NCBI GenBank assembly: GCA_964538435.1
Contig: CAZIDX010000001.1
Coordinates: 203,304-267,303 of the forward strand
Direction of reading: 5' to 3'
Length of the DNA stretch: 64,000 bases
Source: an uncultured Gammaproteobacteria bacterium
Lineage (GTDB): Bacteria; Patescibacteriota; Patescibacteriia; UBA9934; GWF2-40-263
Numbering within the stretch: the first letter of the stretch is position 1; each line of letters starts with the position of its first letter. The notes under the pieces are model-generated. The model ran no database searches. It was not told the DNA's origin and saw nothing but the letters and a program-made list of their open reading frames with translations. Below are positions 25,829 to 36,779 of this stretch, in pieces. The position numbers and the translations under genes are program-made.

Positions 25829-27346
25829 ATGTCACTCCAAACCGACGTCATCCCCGAGCCCAACCAAGAGCTTTTGATGCAGCTCGGCTCGCAAATGGCG
25901 AAAGTTCAAGGCTACCGTCTCCTGGACGGATTCCCCAGACCCCACCTGATGCTCGAAGCAGACGAAGAAGCTGATCCAGGAGATAGATGGTCTGAGCGAC
26001 CCTCGCTCATGGACAAGGACTCCGAACTGATCGTGTGCGTACTCCCGCACTCCATGTGCAACCCCCGCGTTGAAGCCTGCGGCTTCTGCACATTCCCTCA
26101 CGAAAAGCTCGTCATGAGCCAACTTCGCGCCACAGTTCCCATTGTGGCAGAAGAGATCCGACGTCGAGTCGAACTGATGGGAATCAAAGGTCACGAGGTG
26201 CACGCACTCTACTTCGGTGGGAGTACTGCCAACCTGACCCCACCGGATTTGTTCAGCCATCTGGTCACCACCCTGGAAGACAACTTCGAGCTTCGACGCT
26301 CAGAAGTCTCACTTGAGGGTGTTCCTGTGTACTTCATTGGTCGTCGCGGGCTCGAGGTTCTCGACCGGCTGATGGCTACTGAGTTCGCGCACAGACGTAT
26401 CTCCATGGGAATCCAGACCTTCAACGCAGCAGAGATCGAAGAGATGGGTCGCTCCCACTTCGGAGATGAAAGCACCGTACGAAAAGCAGTTTATGAGGCT
26501 CATCAGCGCGGGATGACCGTATCCGGCGACATCATCATCAACCGCCCGGGCCAAACCCAGGATCAGATGCTCAACGATGTCCGCAAAGCCATCCAGATCG
26601 GTCTGGATCAGATCTGCATCTACAACCTGGTGCTCCGCTCATACCTCAAGACCCCATGGTCTCAAGACCCCGAGAAACTCGCTTCTCTCCCCGTGGGCGA
26701 AGAAGCCTTCCAGAACTGGCGGTCAGTCGTTGAAATCCTGAATCATGCTGGCTACGTCCAGACAACCCTCTCGAACTTCGAACGCAGAGACGTTCTCGAA
26801 GCCGGAAGAGGCTTCCGCTACGAAGAGGCTGGCTTCCAAACCTGGCGCTACGACGCGCTCGGGTTCGGCCCCAGGGCACTGACCATCTTCAAGGGATCAG
26901 GACGATCCATTCCTAGCCAGAAGTGGATGAATCACTACGGCGCAGAACCGTACATGAACAACCAGCTTCGTGCCACTGAGAACCAGATCCCCTACGACAA
27001 GCACCACGCGTACGAATCGCGCGAGGACCTGCTGCTGCACCACATGACCCGTTCGCTTGCACTCCTGCAAGTCGACCGACACCTCATGATGAGCCTCACT
27101 GGTCGCGATCCTGTGCGTGTCTACCGCCAAAAGATGGAGGTGCTCGAGCACGCTGGCCTGGTGAAGATCACAGACGAAGAGATCAGGCTCACGCATCGCG
27201 GAGCTTTCTTCTCAGACTCAATCATCGCCCTTCTCACCATGCGCCGAGAGCGCACGCTCAAGGCAGACAACGCAGACGCGCGACACAGGCGGAAGTACGG
27301 GTGGGCCTTCAGCTCCGACTACTCCTACGGAGGCGGCGGAATGTAG
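25829..27346 (+). CDS. HemW/HemN-like radical SAM family protein (high GC) with unusual Cys spacing
   Basis: …IVCVLPHSMCNPRVEACGFCTFPHE… (C-x7-C-x6-C-x2-C rather than CxxxCxxC). …HALYFGGSTANL… HemN_C-like C-terminal region. Confidence 0.55.
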   Translation: MSLQTDVIPEPNQELLMQLGSQMAKVQGYRLLDGFPRPHLMLEADEEADPGDRWSERPSLMDKDSELIVCVLPHSMCNPRVEACGFCTFPHEKLVMSQLRATVPIVAEEIRRRVELMGIKGHEVHALYFGGSTANLTPPDLFSHLVTTLEDNFELRRSEVSLEGVPVYFIGRRGLEVLDRLMATEFAHRRISMGIQTFNAAEIEEMGRSHFGDESTVRKAVYEAHQRGMTVSGDIIINRPGQTQDQMLNDVRKAIQIGLDQICIYNLVLRSYLKTPWSQDPEKLASLPVGEEAFQNWRSVVEILNHAGYVQTTLSNFERRDVLEAGRGFRYEEAGFQTWRYDALGFGPRALTIFKGSGRSIPSQKWMNHYGAEPYMNNQLRATENQIPYDKHHAYESREDLLLHHMTRSLALLQVDRHLMMSLTGRDPVRVYRQKMEVLEHAGLVKITDEEIRLTHRGAFFSDSIIALLTMRRERTLKADNADARHRRKYGWAFSSDYSYGGGGM

Positions 27347-27405
27347 CCGCAACCAAAACACCCCACACTGAAACGCAGTGCGGGGTTTTCTAATACTCAA
27401 TAACC

Positions 27406-28641
27406 TTATTCGTACCTGAGCGCCTCAATCGGATTGAGCTTTGCTGCGCTACGAGCCGGGTAAATCCCAAACACAAGCCCAACAATTGTTGAAACAACAA
27501 AAGCCAAAAAGATTGCGTTTGGCGGCACGGAAATCATCCATCCATCCAAGAAAAAGCTCTTTACAATCCACCCAATCCCTATCGATGTAGCCGCTCCCAT
27601 TAAAACACCCACCAAACCACCAACCATTGTCAAAAGAACTGACTCTATCAAAAACTGTTTCATAATCTCACTATGTGTTGCCCCAACAGCCTTGCGAAGA
27701 CCGATCTCACGCGTACGCTCTGTCACAGACACGAGCATGATATTCATAATTCCAATTCCACCCACAATCAAAGAAATGGCAGCAATCGAAGACAAAAGAA
27801 TCGAAAGCACAGAACCCACAACCCCAATAATCTCTGTGGCATCCTCTTGCGAGCTCACAAAAAAGTTGTCTTTTGCCGGATCACCTTCTGGATTGTCAAT
27901 CTCATGCATCTCACGCATAATCCACCGAAGCTCTTCCTTTGCCTCTTCCACATTCCCGACTGCCACCGCGGCAATGTAGTTAATATAATCAACCCCAAGC
28001 ACATCACGCTGCATGGTTGTATACGGAATCGAGATGCGTTTATCTAAATTTTGAAAAAACCGACTCCCCTGTTTCTCAAACACACCAATCACTCGAAACG
28101 TTGTGCTCTTAATCTTAATCTTTTCTCCAACAGGATCCTGCTCACCAAAAAAATCTTCTGCAATTTCTACCCCAAGCACTGCTACTTTTTCATAAGAATC
28201 AATGTCTGACTTTTCTAAAAATCTTCCATACTTAAGGTCTGCAGGAAACACCCCAAGATACACTTCATCTGTTCCTTCGATCTGAGCATAATCACTAAAC
28301 TCACCATGACTCACAGCAACAGAAGTCATAATTGCAGGAGAAACAACATCAAAAAAATCCGATTCCTTCATTGCCTCAAGGTCATCATTTGTTATTGACT
28401 GCTCAATAAATGGATTTGGCGGACCAGCCATTGGATCACCACTTGCAGGCTCAACAAACACAAGATCTGATCCAAGATCAGTCACTTGCGACAAAATCAA
28501 ACTCTCTGCACCGCGACCGATAGCAAGCATTAAAATCACAGCAGCAATTCCAATCACAATACCCAAAACCGTCAAAAGAGAGCGGGACTTTGTCCGCAGA
28601 AGAGATTCTCCAGCTGTTCCAAATAGGTCTCTGTAATTCAT
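27406..28641 (-). CDS. ABC transporter permease, MacB/FtsX-like
   Basis: N-terminal TM, large periplasmic domain, C-terminal FtsX 3-TM bundle. Confidence 0.75.
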   Translation of the reverse strand: MNYRDLFGTAGESLLRTKSRSLLTVLGIVIGIAAVILMLAIGRGAESLILSQVTDLGSDLVFVEPASGDPMAGPPNPFIEQSITNDDLEAMKESDFFDVVSPAIMTSVAVSHGEFSDYAQIEGTDEVYLGVFPADLKYGRFLEKSDIDSYEKVAVLGVEIAEDFFGEQDPVGEKIKIKSTTFRVIGVFEKQGSRFFQNLDKRISIPYTTMQRDVLGVDYINYIAAVAVGNVEEAKEELRWIMREMHEIDNPEGDPAKDNFFVSSQEDATEIIGVVGSVLSILLSSIAAISLIVGGIGIMNIMLVSVTERTREIGLRKAVGATHSEIMKQFLIESVLLTMVGGLVGVLMGAATSIGIGWIVKSFFLDGWMISVPPNAIFLAFVVSTIVGLVFGIYPARSAAKLNPIEALRYE

Positions 28642-28643
28642 AC

Positions 28644-29360
28644 TTACTTTTTATATCCCCCTCGTCGCTTTGTTCCGTTACTTGTATCTGATTCAAGCAA
28701 ACCGTCTCGCAAGCGAATAATTCGCCCAGCATACTCAGCCGCCTCTTCTTCATGAGTCACCATCACGATCGTGTGCCCTTGATTGTTTAACTCTGCTAAA
28801 AGCTCAAGCACCTGCTCGCCTGTTTTTGTGTCTAGATTCCCAGTCGGCTCATCAGCAAAAATAACAGAAGGATCATTCACAAGTGCGCGTGCGATGGCCA
28901 CACGTTGTTTTTCCCCACCTGAAAGCTGATTTGAGTAATGCCCAGCACGATGCTCCATTGCAACCGCCTCAATCGCCTTCATTGCCCTTTCCTTACGATC
29001 ACGTTTTGACACACCCGCATACACAACTGGAAGCATGACATTTGTAAGCACGGTAGATTTTGTAAGCAAGTTAAACGCCTGAAACACAAACCCAACCTTG
29101 TTACGACGCAAAATTGCCAAATCGTCATCTTCGTACTCACCAATATCTTTTCCTTCAAACAAGTATGTCCCATGCGTATGTTGATCCAAAAATCCAATAA
29201 TATGCATTAAAGTCGACTTTCCTGATCCTGACGGCCCCATAATCGCCACAAACTCCCCCTCCTCAATATCAAAAGTCACGCCGCGGAGTGCGCGCGTGAC
29301 CACATCGCCATTTACATAATGACGCTTAATGTCTTTGAGTTGAATAAGTGGATTAGACAT
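28644..29360 (-). CDS. ABC transporter ATP-binding protein (MacB/LolD-like)
   Basis: Walker [10 protein letters not shown]. Signature [15 protein letters not shown]. Walker [13 protein letters not shown]. Confidence 0.85.
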   Translation of the reverse strand: MSNPLIQLKDIKRHYVNGDVVTRALRGVTFDIEEGEFVAIMGPSGSGKSTLMHIIGFLDQHTHGTYLFEGKDIGEYEDDDLAILRRNKVGFVFQAFNLLTKSTVLTNVMLPVVYAGVSKRDRKERAMKAIEAVAMEHRAGHYSNQLSGGEKQRVAIARALVNDPSVIFADEPTGNLDTKTGEQVLELLAELNNQGHTIVMVTHEEEAAEYAGRIIRLRDGLLESDTSNGTKRRGGYKK

Positions 29361-31242
29361 CGATTTCTCGAATAACAATCTCGTCTCCCTCCTCAAGGCC
29401 AGTAATGATTTCCACGCGTCCCATATCAGCCTTCAAGCCAGTTGTAACTTCAACACGCTCAGGCTCTCCATTGCGAAGCACGCGCACATACTGTCCTTCC
29501 TCGTCCTCAAGCACAGCACGCTGCGGCAATGAGAACACATCACTTCGACTGTCTGTAAGAATTTCAAGATCAGCTGAAAGACCTGGGCGCAAGCTAAGCG
29601 AATCCTCTGCATCATCGAGGTAAACCGTAATTTCGTAGTAAACAACACCTTCTACGAGTTTTTCTGCAGGATCAATCTTTCCAACAAATGCATCAAACTT
29701 CACATCATCGCCAAACGCATCAAACGTGATTACAACAGGATCACTAAGCTTTACCTTTGTGATATCTGACTCTGAAATATCAGCTAAAATCTCAAACTGC
29801 TCATCTGTCGTCTGAACCACAATAATCGGCGTTGCTGCCACAACCTGTTCACCAACATCATATGACACATCTGTTACACGCCCAGAGATTGGGGATCGAA
29901 TCTCGGCATTATCAAGCCGCGCCAGCGCAGACGAATAGGTTGCCTGAGCGCGAGCAACCTCTGCTTCATACGAGGCCAAGTCAACCTCTCGTGGATCAGC
30001 TTCTGTCTGAGCAAGATTGGCCTCTGACTGTGCAAGCTCTGCAGTGCGAATTGCAACTGAAGCCTGAGCAGAAGAAAGATTCTGTGTTGCAGTAATCACC
30101 TGATAATCACGAACCGCCTGAGCGGAGGTATAAGCCGACTGAGCCTGAGTAAGTGCATTCGATGCATCTTCAATAGCAGCGTTTGTCGTATCAATGGCCG
30201 TCTCAAGTGTTTGGAAACTGTTCTCAAGTGCAGCCTGATCAGCTTGCACGTACGCACGCGCTGTATCAATTCCAGAAGCAAGTGTTGATCGCTCTGCAGC
30301 AGTAAAATTACTTGCTGTTGGTGTGGCGTCAACCACTTGCCTTGTGTAAAGAAGCACGCGAGCAGCATCATTCACAGCCGTCTCTGCAAGCCCAGCTGCA
30401 GAGTAAATCAATGACTGACTAGAACTATACGTAAGATTTGCAATCGCAACTTCAGCCGCATCCCGACTCTCCTCTGCAGTGTAAAACGCAGCCTTTGCAT
30501 TTGTATAAGCTTCTTTATTTGTTGCTGAAAGCACGCTCTCATAATCATCATTCGAATACCCAGCCCGCACCCCCAACACCTCATCCGCAGTCGCAAGTCC
30601 ACTTCGAGCCTCAATCACAGCTGCCCAAGCAGAACTCAAGAGATCTCCATAGGCATCAGATAATGTCTGACTGTTTGAAACCGTTGTTTGATCATAATCA
30701 TCCTGCGCACTCTCATGAGCAACACGCGCAGCATCTACGTCCGCATCATATTGAGTCTCAATCAAAGGAAGTAGCGCCTCAGCGGTACTGTAATCAATAT
30801 TTGCCGAGTCAAGCATAGCCTGATAGATCTGAACAGCTGATGAAGCCACATCAATCGCCTCACCTGTTGAACCAGCCTGCATGAGCTCAAGATTCGCCTG
30901 CGCAACCTGCACAGCCTGGTACGCGCTCTGCACATCTGCAATAAGCTCAGTGGTATCCAAGACAGCAAGAAGCGTGTCTGGCTCAACAGTATCTCCAACT
31001 GAAACAAGAACCTGATCCAAGGTTCCAGACAGATCAAAAGACAGATCAACTTCATCAACAGAAATGGCTTCACCACTGCTATCAACCGTTTGTGTCAGAG
31101 CGCTGCTTTCAATCCTCTCAGTCACATACGAGACATCATCTCCCCCAGAAAACAAGAAGGATCCTCCAATGAGTATCACAATAGTCACGATGACCCAAAG
31201 CCACCACTTTTTCAAAATTTTCGGTAATTTCATAACAAACAT
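29353..31242 (-). CDS. HlyD/MacA-family periplasmic adaptor (membrane fusion protein) with long coiled-coil
   Basis: N-terminal TM, extended Ala/Gln-rich coiled-coil, C-terminal beta-barrel/lipoyl-like segments. Confidence 0.65.
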   Translation of the reverse strand: MFVMKLPKILKKWWLWVIVTIVILIGGSFLFSGGDDVSYVTERIESSALTQTVDSSGEAISVDEVDLSFDLSGTLDQVLVSVGDTVEPDTLLAVLDTTELIADVQSAYQAVQVAQANLELMQAGSTGEAIDVASSAVQIYQAMLDSANIDYSTAEALLPLIETQYDADVDAARVAHESAQDDYDQTTVSNSQTLSDAYGDLLSSAWAAVIEARSGLATADEVLGVRAGYSNDDYESVLSATNKEAYTNAKAAFYTAEESRDAAEVAIANLTYSSSQSLIYSAAGLAETAVNDAARVLLYTRQVVDATPTASNFTAAERSTLASGIDTARAYVQADQAALENSFQTLETAIDTTNAAIEDASNALTQAQSAYTSAQAVRDYQVITATQNLSSAQASVAIRTAELAQSEANLAQTEADPREVDLASYEAEVARAQATYSSALARLDNAEIRSPISGRVTDVSYDVGEQVVAATPIIVVQTTDEQFEILADISESDITKVKLSDPVVITFDAFGDDVKFDAFVGKIDPAEKLVEGVVYYEITVYLDDAEDSLSLRPGLSADLEILTDSRSDVFSLPQRAVLEDEEGQYVRVLRNGEPERVEVTTGLKADMGRVEIITGLEEGDEIVIREIDV

Positions 31243-31310
31243 ATTATATCACGAACCAATTTTCAGCCCAATAAGAAAGCTCCCGAGATTACTCCCAGGA
31301 GCGCGTTGCG

Positions 31311-32645
31311 TCAAGGTGCTGGCGGATACTTGTTGGCCTCTGCCTGTTCCAAACGCATGAAGAAGTGTTCGAGAGCCGCCTGGCCTTCCGGCCTAGGATT
31401 CTCCTGCACAACCAGTGAGAGCCGTGCCACTTCATCGTATTCATCGAGCGCGTCATAGAGCTTGAGCGCTGCGTCGCTGTAACCAACCTCTTCCATTGAC
31501 TTCGCAAACGCGTAGAGTTCCTGCGTCTGCTCGTCTGCACTCAGCCCTGTCCGTGGATACCACAGAAAAAGCCGGGCCAGTTGATGTGGGTTGCACGGCT
31601 TGGGAAGATCCAGCCACGGCGCATACGGATTTCCCCCAAACACGAACGTGTTGGCTGCGTCGCTCACCACCTCCCAGGCGGCATTTTGTGCATCTTCTTC
31701 CATCCCAAGCTCACGATACATACTGTACGAACGGTGCGGCTCTGGACGCGGATGCCCATCCTCACAGATGTGCAGCGTCATGAAGTAGTCAGCTAGATGC
31801 GTTTTCCACTGCCGTTGCTTGACCGTGTGTCCAAGCACCTCAGAGAGCCACATGAGATGATCGAGCCGTTCTGCAAGCATTGAACACCAGAACGGATCCT
31901 GCACATCTGCATGCGCGAGCTGCATCATATACTCGTCTGTGTATCGAACCTTGGGATCAAAGCCGTCTTCTTTCTCGATCACGACCTCGAAAAACTGTTC
32001 GTACTCCTGAGCCTTGGGCAGAAGCTTCTCGTCACCCCCACTGGCATCCCACGCTCGGCGGAAAATCCAGAACGCATCCTCGGGATCATGAACCCCGGCC
32101 CCTGCTTGAGCTTCAGCTCCAGCTGCCTTGAGCCAGACATCGAACGTGTCGAGGTACTGATCGATCGCAGCGTGGTGCACGGGAATGAGATCCACGTAAG
32201 CTCGCATGATGGTCAGATGATCTGTGCTTCGGTCTGCCACATCCTGAATCTCCGAAAAAACCCCGCTGGCTTCATCGAAAAGATCCGGATCGTTCTGGAC
32301 CGCACGGATCCAGTTGCTCACCATGGTGGACTCGCTGTAGTACTCGCCTTGTCGCCACTGCTCAGTGTACTTACGTGCTCGCTCGAGCTCGTTCAAGGGT
32401 GGCGCCAAAGGCTCAGGCTCATACAGCTCTGTTTCAAGCTGCTCCTCCTGCACCGAACCATCGTCATCAGCGTAATCATTGCTCTCATAGCTTGGATCCC
32501 AGCTAATCACCACAAAGGCAATCACCGCGAACACCCCAAGCCCGAGCCATGCCTTCCAACTACCAGGCTTCGCTTCCACGTTCCCTCCAGTGTTCGTACA
32601 TTTTGACGTACACGCAAAACTACCCCAAAAACACTCCATTGTCAA
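31311..32645 (-). CDS. Hypothetical membrane-anchored protein (high GC)
   Basis: Intact ORF with high-GC codon usage and an N-terminal TM. Confidence 0.4.
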   Translation of the reverse strand: MTMECFWGSFACTSKCTNTGGNVEAKPGSWKAWLGLGVFAVIAFVVISWDPSYESNDYADDDGSVQEEQLETELYEPEPLAPPLNELERARKYTEQWRQGEYYSESTMVSNWIRAVQNDPDLFDEASGVFSEIQDVADRSTDHLTIMRAYVDLIPVHHAAIDQYLDTFDVWLKAAGAEAQAGAGVHDPEDAFWIFRRAWDASGGDEKLLPKAQEYEQFFEVVIEKEDGFDPKVRYTDEYMMQLAHADVQDPFWCSMLAERLDHLMWLSEVLGHTVKQRQWKTHLADYFMTLHICEDGHPRPEPHRSYSMYRELGMEEDAQNAAWEVVSDAANTFVFGGNPYAPWLDLPKPCNPHQLARLFLWYPRTGLSADEQTQELYAFAKSMEEVGYSDAALKLYDALDEYDEVARLSLVVQENPRPEGQAALEHFFMRLEQAEANKYPPAP

Positions 32646-32747
32646 TCAAAAACATACTGAAATATTGACAAGTGCCGTTATTCTGTGTGTTATCACTTGC
32701 TTCAGACTCACAGAAAGCAACATTCTGGACCTAACCTGGGAGGCATC

Positions 32748-33551
32748 ATGCCATCCGAAACCGCAGCGAAACTGCTCGAAAACTGGCTCAAGCGCGGATA
32801 CATGCGCTCGCGGGTCGAAGAATACGCACAGTCCCTACGCTCCAGTGATGACAGCTTCTACACATCAACTCTCGATCACAAGGGAAAAGATGCAGCCGAA
32901 GCTCATCTCGCCGAGATGATCGCCAAGCGTCACATGCACGAGTTCGCGAACGCCATCGAGCCGGCTGTCCGAGGCCTGCTCGCCCTGGCCAAGATCGAAG
33001 ACAAGGGCCTCATCAGGATTCTGGACCCCTCCATCTCGCTCGAGAGCGATTACAACTTTGCCTTCACCGAAGCCACGCTCGTGTTCAAGAACGAGATGGC
33101 TCCGGGATGCAGCTGCATGCAACCCCAGGGCAGCAACATCTTCGGTCGCTGGGGATCCGACCTGGAGCTGATCGCTGTCACCCTGCGCGTCGGAACCCAC
33201 CGCGATGGATACCCGGTCGCCAAGCTCGGCCTGGTCATGCCTTGCCGTCAGGTCGTCCGCTATGGCAAGAACGCTCGCGAAGCTTACACCATCCTCACCT
33301 TCGACCTCAAAGGCGACAACGGAGGTTCGCAGTACACACTCGAAGACGACCACTTGGTGCACTTCGCACACCTGATCGGTGAACAAAGTGATAGAAACAT
33401 GATGGTGGGCACCATGACGGGTGGCAGCATCTCTACCCGCGTCGGCTTCCCCGGCGCCAGCGACTACTTCGCCAAGTATCTCAAGGACCTCGGCCCCTTC
33501 CTCGAAGGTCTGGCCAAGCACCTCGATCCGGATCACCTGCTCCAGCACTGA
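32748..33551 (+). CDS. Hypothetical protein (high GC)
   Basis: GGGAGG RBS then ATG at 32748. Confidence 0.45.
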   Translation: MPSETAAKLLENWLKRGYMRSRVEEYAQSLRSSDDSFYTSTLDHKGKDAAEAHLAEMIAKRHMHEFANAIEPAVRGLLALAKIEDKGLIRILDPSISLESDYNFAFTEATLVFKNEMAPGCSCMQPQGSNIFGRWGSDLELIAVTLRVGTHRDGYPVAKLGLVMPCRQVVRYGKNAREAYTILTFDLKGDNGGSQYTLEDDHLVHFAHLIGEQSDRNMMVGTMTGGSISTRVGFPGASDYFAKYLKDLGPFLEGLAKHLDPDHLLQH

Positions 33552-33652
33552 TCCACAACCGCTACGCACCCGACAAGGACGCATCCGCTTCCTACCGGGT
33601 GCGTCTTTGTTTTCAAACAGAAAAGAGACCAGGGGGTCTCTTGCGTGTGAAC

Positions 33653-34765
33653 CTACAGGTCCACCGTGTTGGAGCGAAGCCACTCTGCTTGTGGCGGCTC
33701 CCAGGTCTCGGTTGAATCCCCGAGGTCTGCGGGGTCAGTGTAGCTACGGATGTAGCTTGCCACATCAAACTGTCCGATCTCGTCAGCGTACTCCGCTCCC
33801 TGGTTCAGGAGCATGACCAGCGAACGGTCGTTCATGCCCGACAGTGCATACCAGAGCACTGCCTCATCAACGAGCTCCTCGTCACTTCCAGACACCTGGA
33901 GCTCCTGAACGAACTGCTCCTGACACGCATTGAGTTCGACCGGTGTCGTCCCAACAGCCGCTGTGAGCGCTGCATTCCCCATGGAAACCGCTGCAGCCTG
34001 AGCCTCGACCTCCATCTGGCCGCCATGATACAGCATCCAGGCCATCTGGGGATCGTATGTGCCATCCGGCACGCCCCCGCACATGTAGCACGACAGAGCA
34101 GCATCACCGCCATGCATCATCCAGATCTTGCGGTCGTGCATACCCAGAAGGTCTCCGAGCATCCCAACCATCATGATCTGGTTTGAAAGACTGGTGCACA
34201 CAAACGGATCGTACGGAGCATTGACCTCCTCGCTGTCTCGGTAACGACTCGCTGGATTGAATCCTGCAAGCCGAATCCGAGTCCGCCCCAAATCGTAGAG
34301 CATCTCCAGAGCCGGAACTAGATGAGGCGTCTGCGTCGCGTACCAATGATCCCAGGTCATGGCGTACACAACGATGTACAAGTCATCGTTCTTGATGTCC
34401 GAGTCGATCAGGTCTCTGGCAAAAGACTCGTAGCGGCTATACGCACTCGGAAACTCTTCACCAGCCATCAGGTAGAGACCAGCGATGCTCAGAGGCTCGT
34501 ACGCACTCTGGTCATTGCGCCAGACCTCTTCGGCGATTGACGCAAGACCCAGAACCTCGTTGCCGGTCAGTTGAACCGGATTCTCACCGTTCTCGTCCAC
34601 GAGAAAAACCGTATGGCCCTCTTCTGTCTGCACGAGCACAATCAGATCTGGACTCGGAAGAGTGCTTGCCGCACGATCCATGCTCGTCACCAGCACCAAC
34701 GCAGCCACCAGGATCACACCCAACACAATCGCGACGTACTTTTGCATCCGTTTCCTCCAGCTCAC
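33653..34765 (-). CDS. Hypothetical membrane-anchored protein (high GC)
   Basis: N-terminal TM. Hairpin terminator AGAGACCagggGGTCTCT downstream. Confidence 0.4.
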   Translation of the reverse strand: MSWRKRMQKYVAIVLGVILVAALVLVTSMDRAASTLPSPDLIVLVQTEEGHTVFLVDENGENPVQLTGNEVLGLASIAEEVWRNDQSAYEPLSIAGLYLMAGEEFPSAYSRYESFARDLIDSDIKNDDLYIVVYAMTWDHWYATQTPHLVPALEMLYDLGRTRIRLAGFNPASRYRDSEEVNAPYDPFVCTSLSNQIMMVGMLGDLLGMHDRKIWMMHGGDAALSCYMCGGVPDGTYDPQMAWMLYHGGQMEVEAQAAAVSMGNAALTAAVGTTPVELNACQEQFVQELQVSGSDEELVDEAVLWYALSGMNDRSLVMLLNQGAEYADEIGQFDVASYIRSYTDPADLGDSTETWEPPQAEWLRSNTVDL

Positions 34766-34915
34766 CCCTGTTTGTCAGGAGCCCCCATCCTGTCACAACC
34801 CAAATCCACTGTCAATCAAGTCCTCACGTATTCACCTGACCGTCCCCCACCTATCATTATCCAACATTATCCAATAATTCCTAATACTTAACACTAATAG
34901 ATCTTCATACACTAA

Positions 34916-35078
34916 GGGGCCGGGTCGTTACTTGTAGCATTTCACTTTTTCATACGTTTATATCAAAAAAATTAATTTAGTATTCACTAAATATGTATTT
35001 GTGTTACAAAAAGTGCCACCATACAACCTATTACACTCAGATATAAAATGAGAATGCTACAAGTAACGACCCGGCCCC
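34916..35078. repeat. 26-bp perfect inverted repeat GGGGCCGGGTCGTTACTTGTAGCATT flanking a 111-bp AT-rich spacer (MITE-like hairpin element)
   Basis: Arms at 34916-34941 and 35053-35078 are exact reverse complements. Sits at the boundary of a high-GC block. Confidence 0.7.
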
Positions 35079-35135
35079 CGCCAACCTAAATCCACTACCA
35101 ACAAAAAACAGACCGTAATGGCCTGTTTTCTCTTT

Positions 35136-35471
35136 TTACCAAACTCTTCTACCTTCTGAAGCCTCATCCCCTTCTGTATCCTCATCCAGCTCAACCTCCA
35201 TATTTGCCTCAATTGCATCAACAAATTTCCAACCTTCTTCTTCCTCCACTTCCAGACTGTAATTATAATCACAGTTCCCCTCACTCGGAGTCCCTTCATA
35301 ATCTCCAAACGGACGAGGAATCCTGTCAAATTCGATTTCATCTCGACTCTTACACTCTCCACTCCAGATAACCTCCTCTCGCCCCTTTGTCTGAACAGGT
35401 TCAGACAAGCTCCCCGGCTCATCTCGCTCTACAGCATAAATATGCTCTTTTTGCACGATTCGAAACTTCAT
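35136..35471 (-). CDS. Hypothetical acidic protein
   Basis: Intact 111-aa ORF. Confidence 0.35.
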   Translation of the reverse strand: MKFRIVQKEHIYAVERDEPGSLSEPVQTKGREEVIWSGECKSRDEIEFDRIPRPFGDYEGTPSEGNCDYNYSLEVEEEEGWKFVDAIEANMEVELDEDTEGDEASEGRRVW

Positions 35472-35480
35472 ACATTTTGA

Positions 35481-36716
35481 TTAATAATCTCTAAGCTTCT
35501 CAATAAGTGGATTCGCTTGAATCTTCTCAAGCGCCTTTGCCTCAATCTGACGAATACGCTCACGAGTCACATCAAACTCCCGACCAACTTCCTCGAGCGT
35601 ATGACTTACCCCGTCTGTCAGCCCAAAGCGCATTTCCAGAATCTTCTGCTCACGTGGAGTCAAGCCCTCCATGGACTCAAGCACATAGTTGCGTAAAAGC
35701 TCTCGTCCAGCACTCCTGTCAGGTGAAATTGTCTTTACATCCTCGATAAAGTCCTGAAGCTTTGAATCTTCATCATCGTCTCCAACACTTGTCTCAAGCG
35801 AAACTGTGTCTTGCGAAATCTTTCTGATGTGACGAACTTTATCTACTGGCTGCCCCATCTCAGCAGCAATCTCTTCTGGAAGAGGCTCACGACCCAGGTC
35901 CTGAATAAGCTGACGCTCAATCTGTTGAAACTTATTAATCGTCTCAACCATGTGCACTGGAATACGAATGGTTCGAGACTGATCAGCAAGCGCACGCGTA
36001 ATCGCCTGACGAATCCACCAAGTCGCATACGTAGAGAACTTATAACCCTTTCTGTACTCAAACTTTTTCACTGCACGGAAGAGCCCCACATTTCCCTCTT
36101 GGATAAGATCCAAAAGTGACATGGACTTTCCTACAAATTTCTTTGCAATCGACACAACCAATCGAAGGTTGGCCTCAATAAGTCGTCGCTCTGCTTCTTT
36201 TTCGTTTCGCTCCTTTCGCTTTGCTAGACCAACTTCCTGCTCTGCAGTAAGAAGCGGAATTTTTCCAATCTCGCGCAAGTACATCTGAATTGAATCCTGG
36301 GTGATCTCTGGAAGCTCTGAGCGACGCGCCTCATCTGAAAGACGAATCTTGTCATACACTTCATCACGTTCCTTGTCTCGTCCAAGAATCCCCTCCTTGA
36401 GCTCAACAAAGTGAACTCCAACACGATCCAACTCTTCTAGAAACTCCTCAAACAAATCAACATAGTCCTCCACCTCAACAAACGTAAACAAGATTTCATT
36501 CTCTGTGATGTATCCACGGCGCTGCCCTTTGGCAATCAAGTTATCAAGGATCTCGTATGAAGGCGGAGCTGATCGTTTGTATCGCGGCTTTCGCGCTTTC
36601 TTCACTTTCTTTGGCGCAGCTTTCTTTGTTGTTTTTGCTGCTTTCTTTTTTACTGCTTTTTTCTTTGGTGCAGCTTTTTTTGCGGTAGTCTTTTTCTTCG
36701 TAGGTGTCTTTGGCAT
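35481..36716 (-). CDS. rpoD: RNA polymerase sigma-70 factor RpoD with Lys/Ala-rich N-terminal extension
   Basis: Regions 1.2-4 conserved (…[11 protein letters not shown]… DLIQEGN.GL… [14 protein letters not shown]… region 4 HTH). Confidence 0.85.
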   Translation of the reverse strand: MPKTPTKKKTTAKKAAPKKKAVKKKAAKTTKKAAPKKVKKARKPRYKRSAPPSYEILDNLIAKGQRRGYITENEILFTFVEVEDYVDLFEEFLEELDRVGVHFVELKEGILGRDKERDEVYDKIRLSDEARRSELPEITQDSIQMYLREIGKIPLLTAEQEVGLAKRKERNEKEAERRLIEANLRLVVSIAKKFVGKSMSLLDLIQEGNVGLFRAVKKFEYRKGYKFSTYATWWIRQAITRALADQSRTIRIPVHMVETINKFQQIERQLIQDLGREPLPEEIAAEMGQPVDKVRHIRKISQDTVSLETSVGDDDEDSKLQDFIEDVKTISPDRSAGRELLRNYVLESMEGLTPREQKILEMRFGLTDGVSHTLEEVGREFDVTRERIRQIEAKALEKIQANPLIEKLRDY

Positions 36717-36779
36717 AACGCAAATATTCTTCCCGACGCCTATTTGGGTCGAGGCATTGGCCCGAAGCAAAGTCCTCAG

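Noticed and set aside
34855-34874. Chromosomal replication origin (oriC) from DnaA-box-like repeats
   Set aside because: Only two imperfect boxes (CATTATCCAA), no dnaA/dnaN nearby, and no AT-rich DUE with 13-mers. More likely part of the MITE-like element or IS-related.
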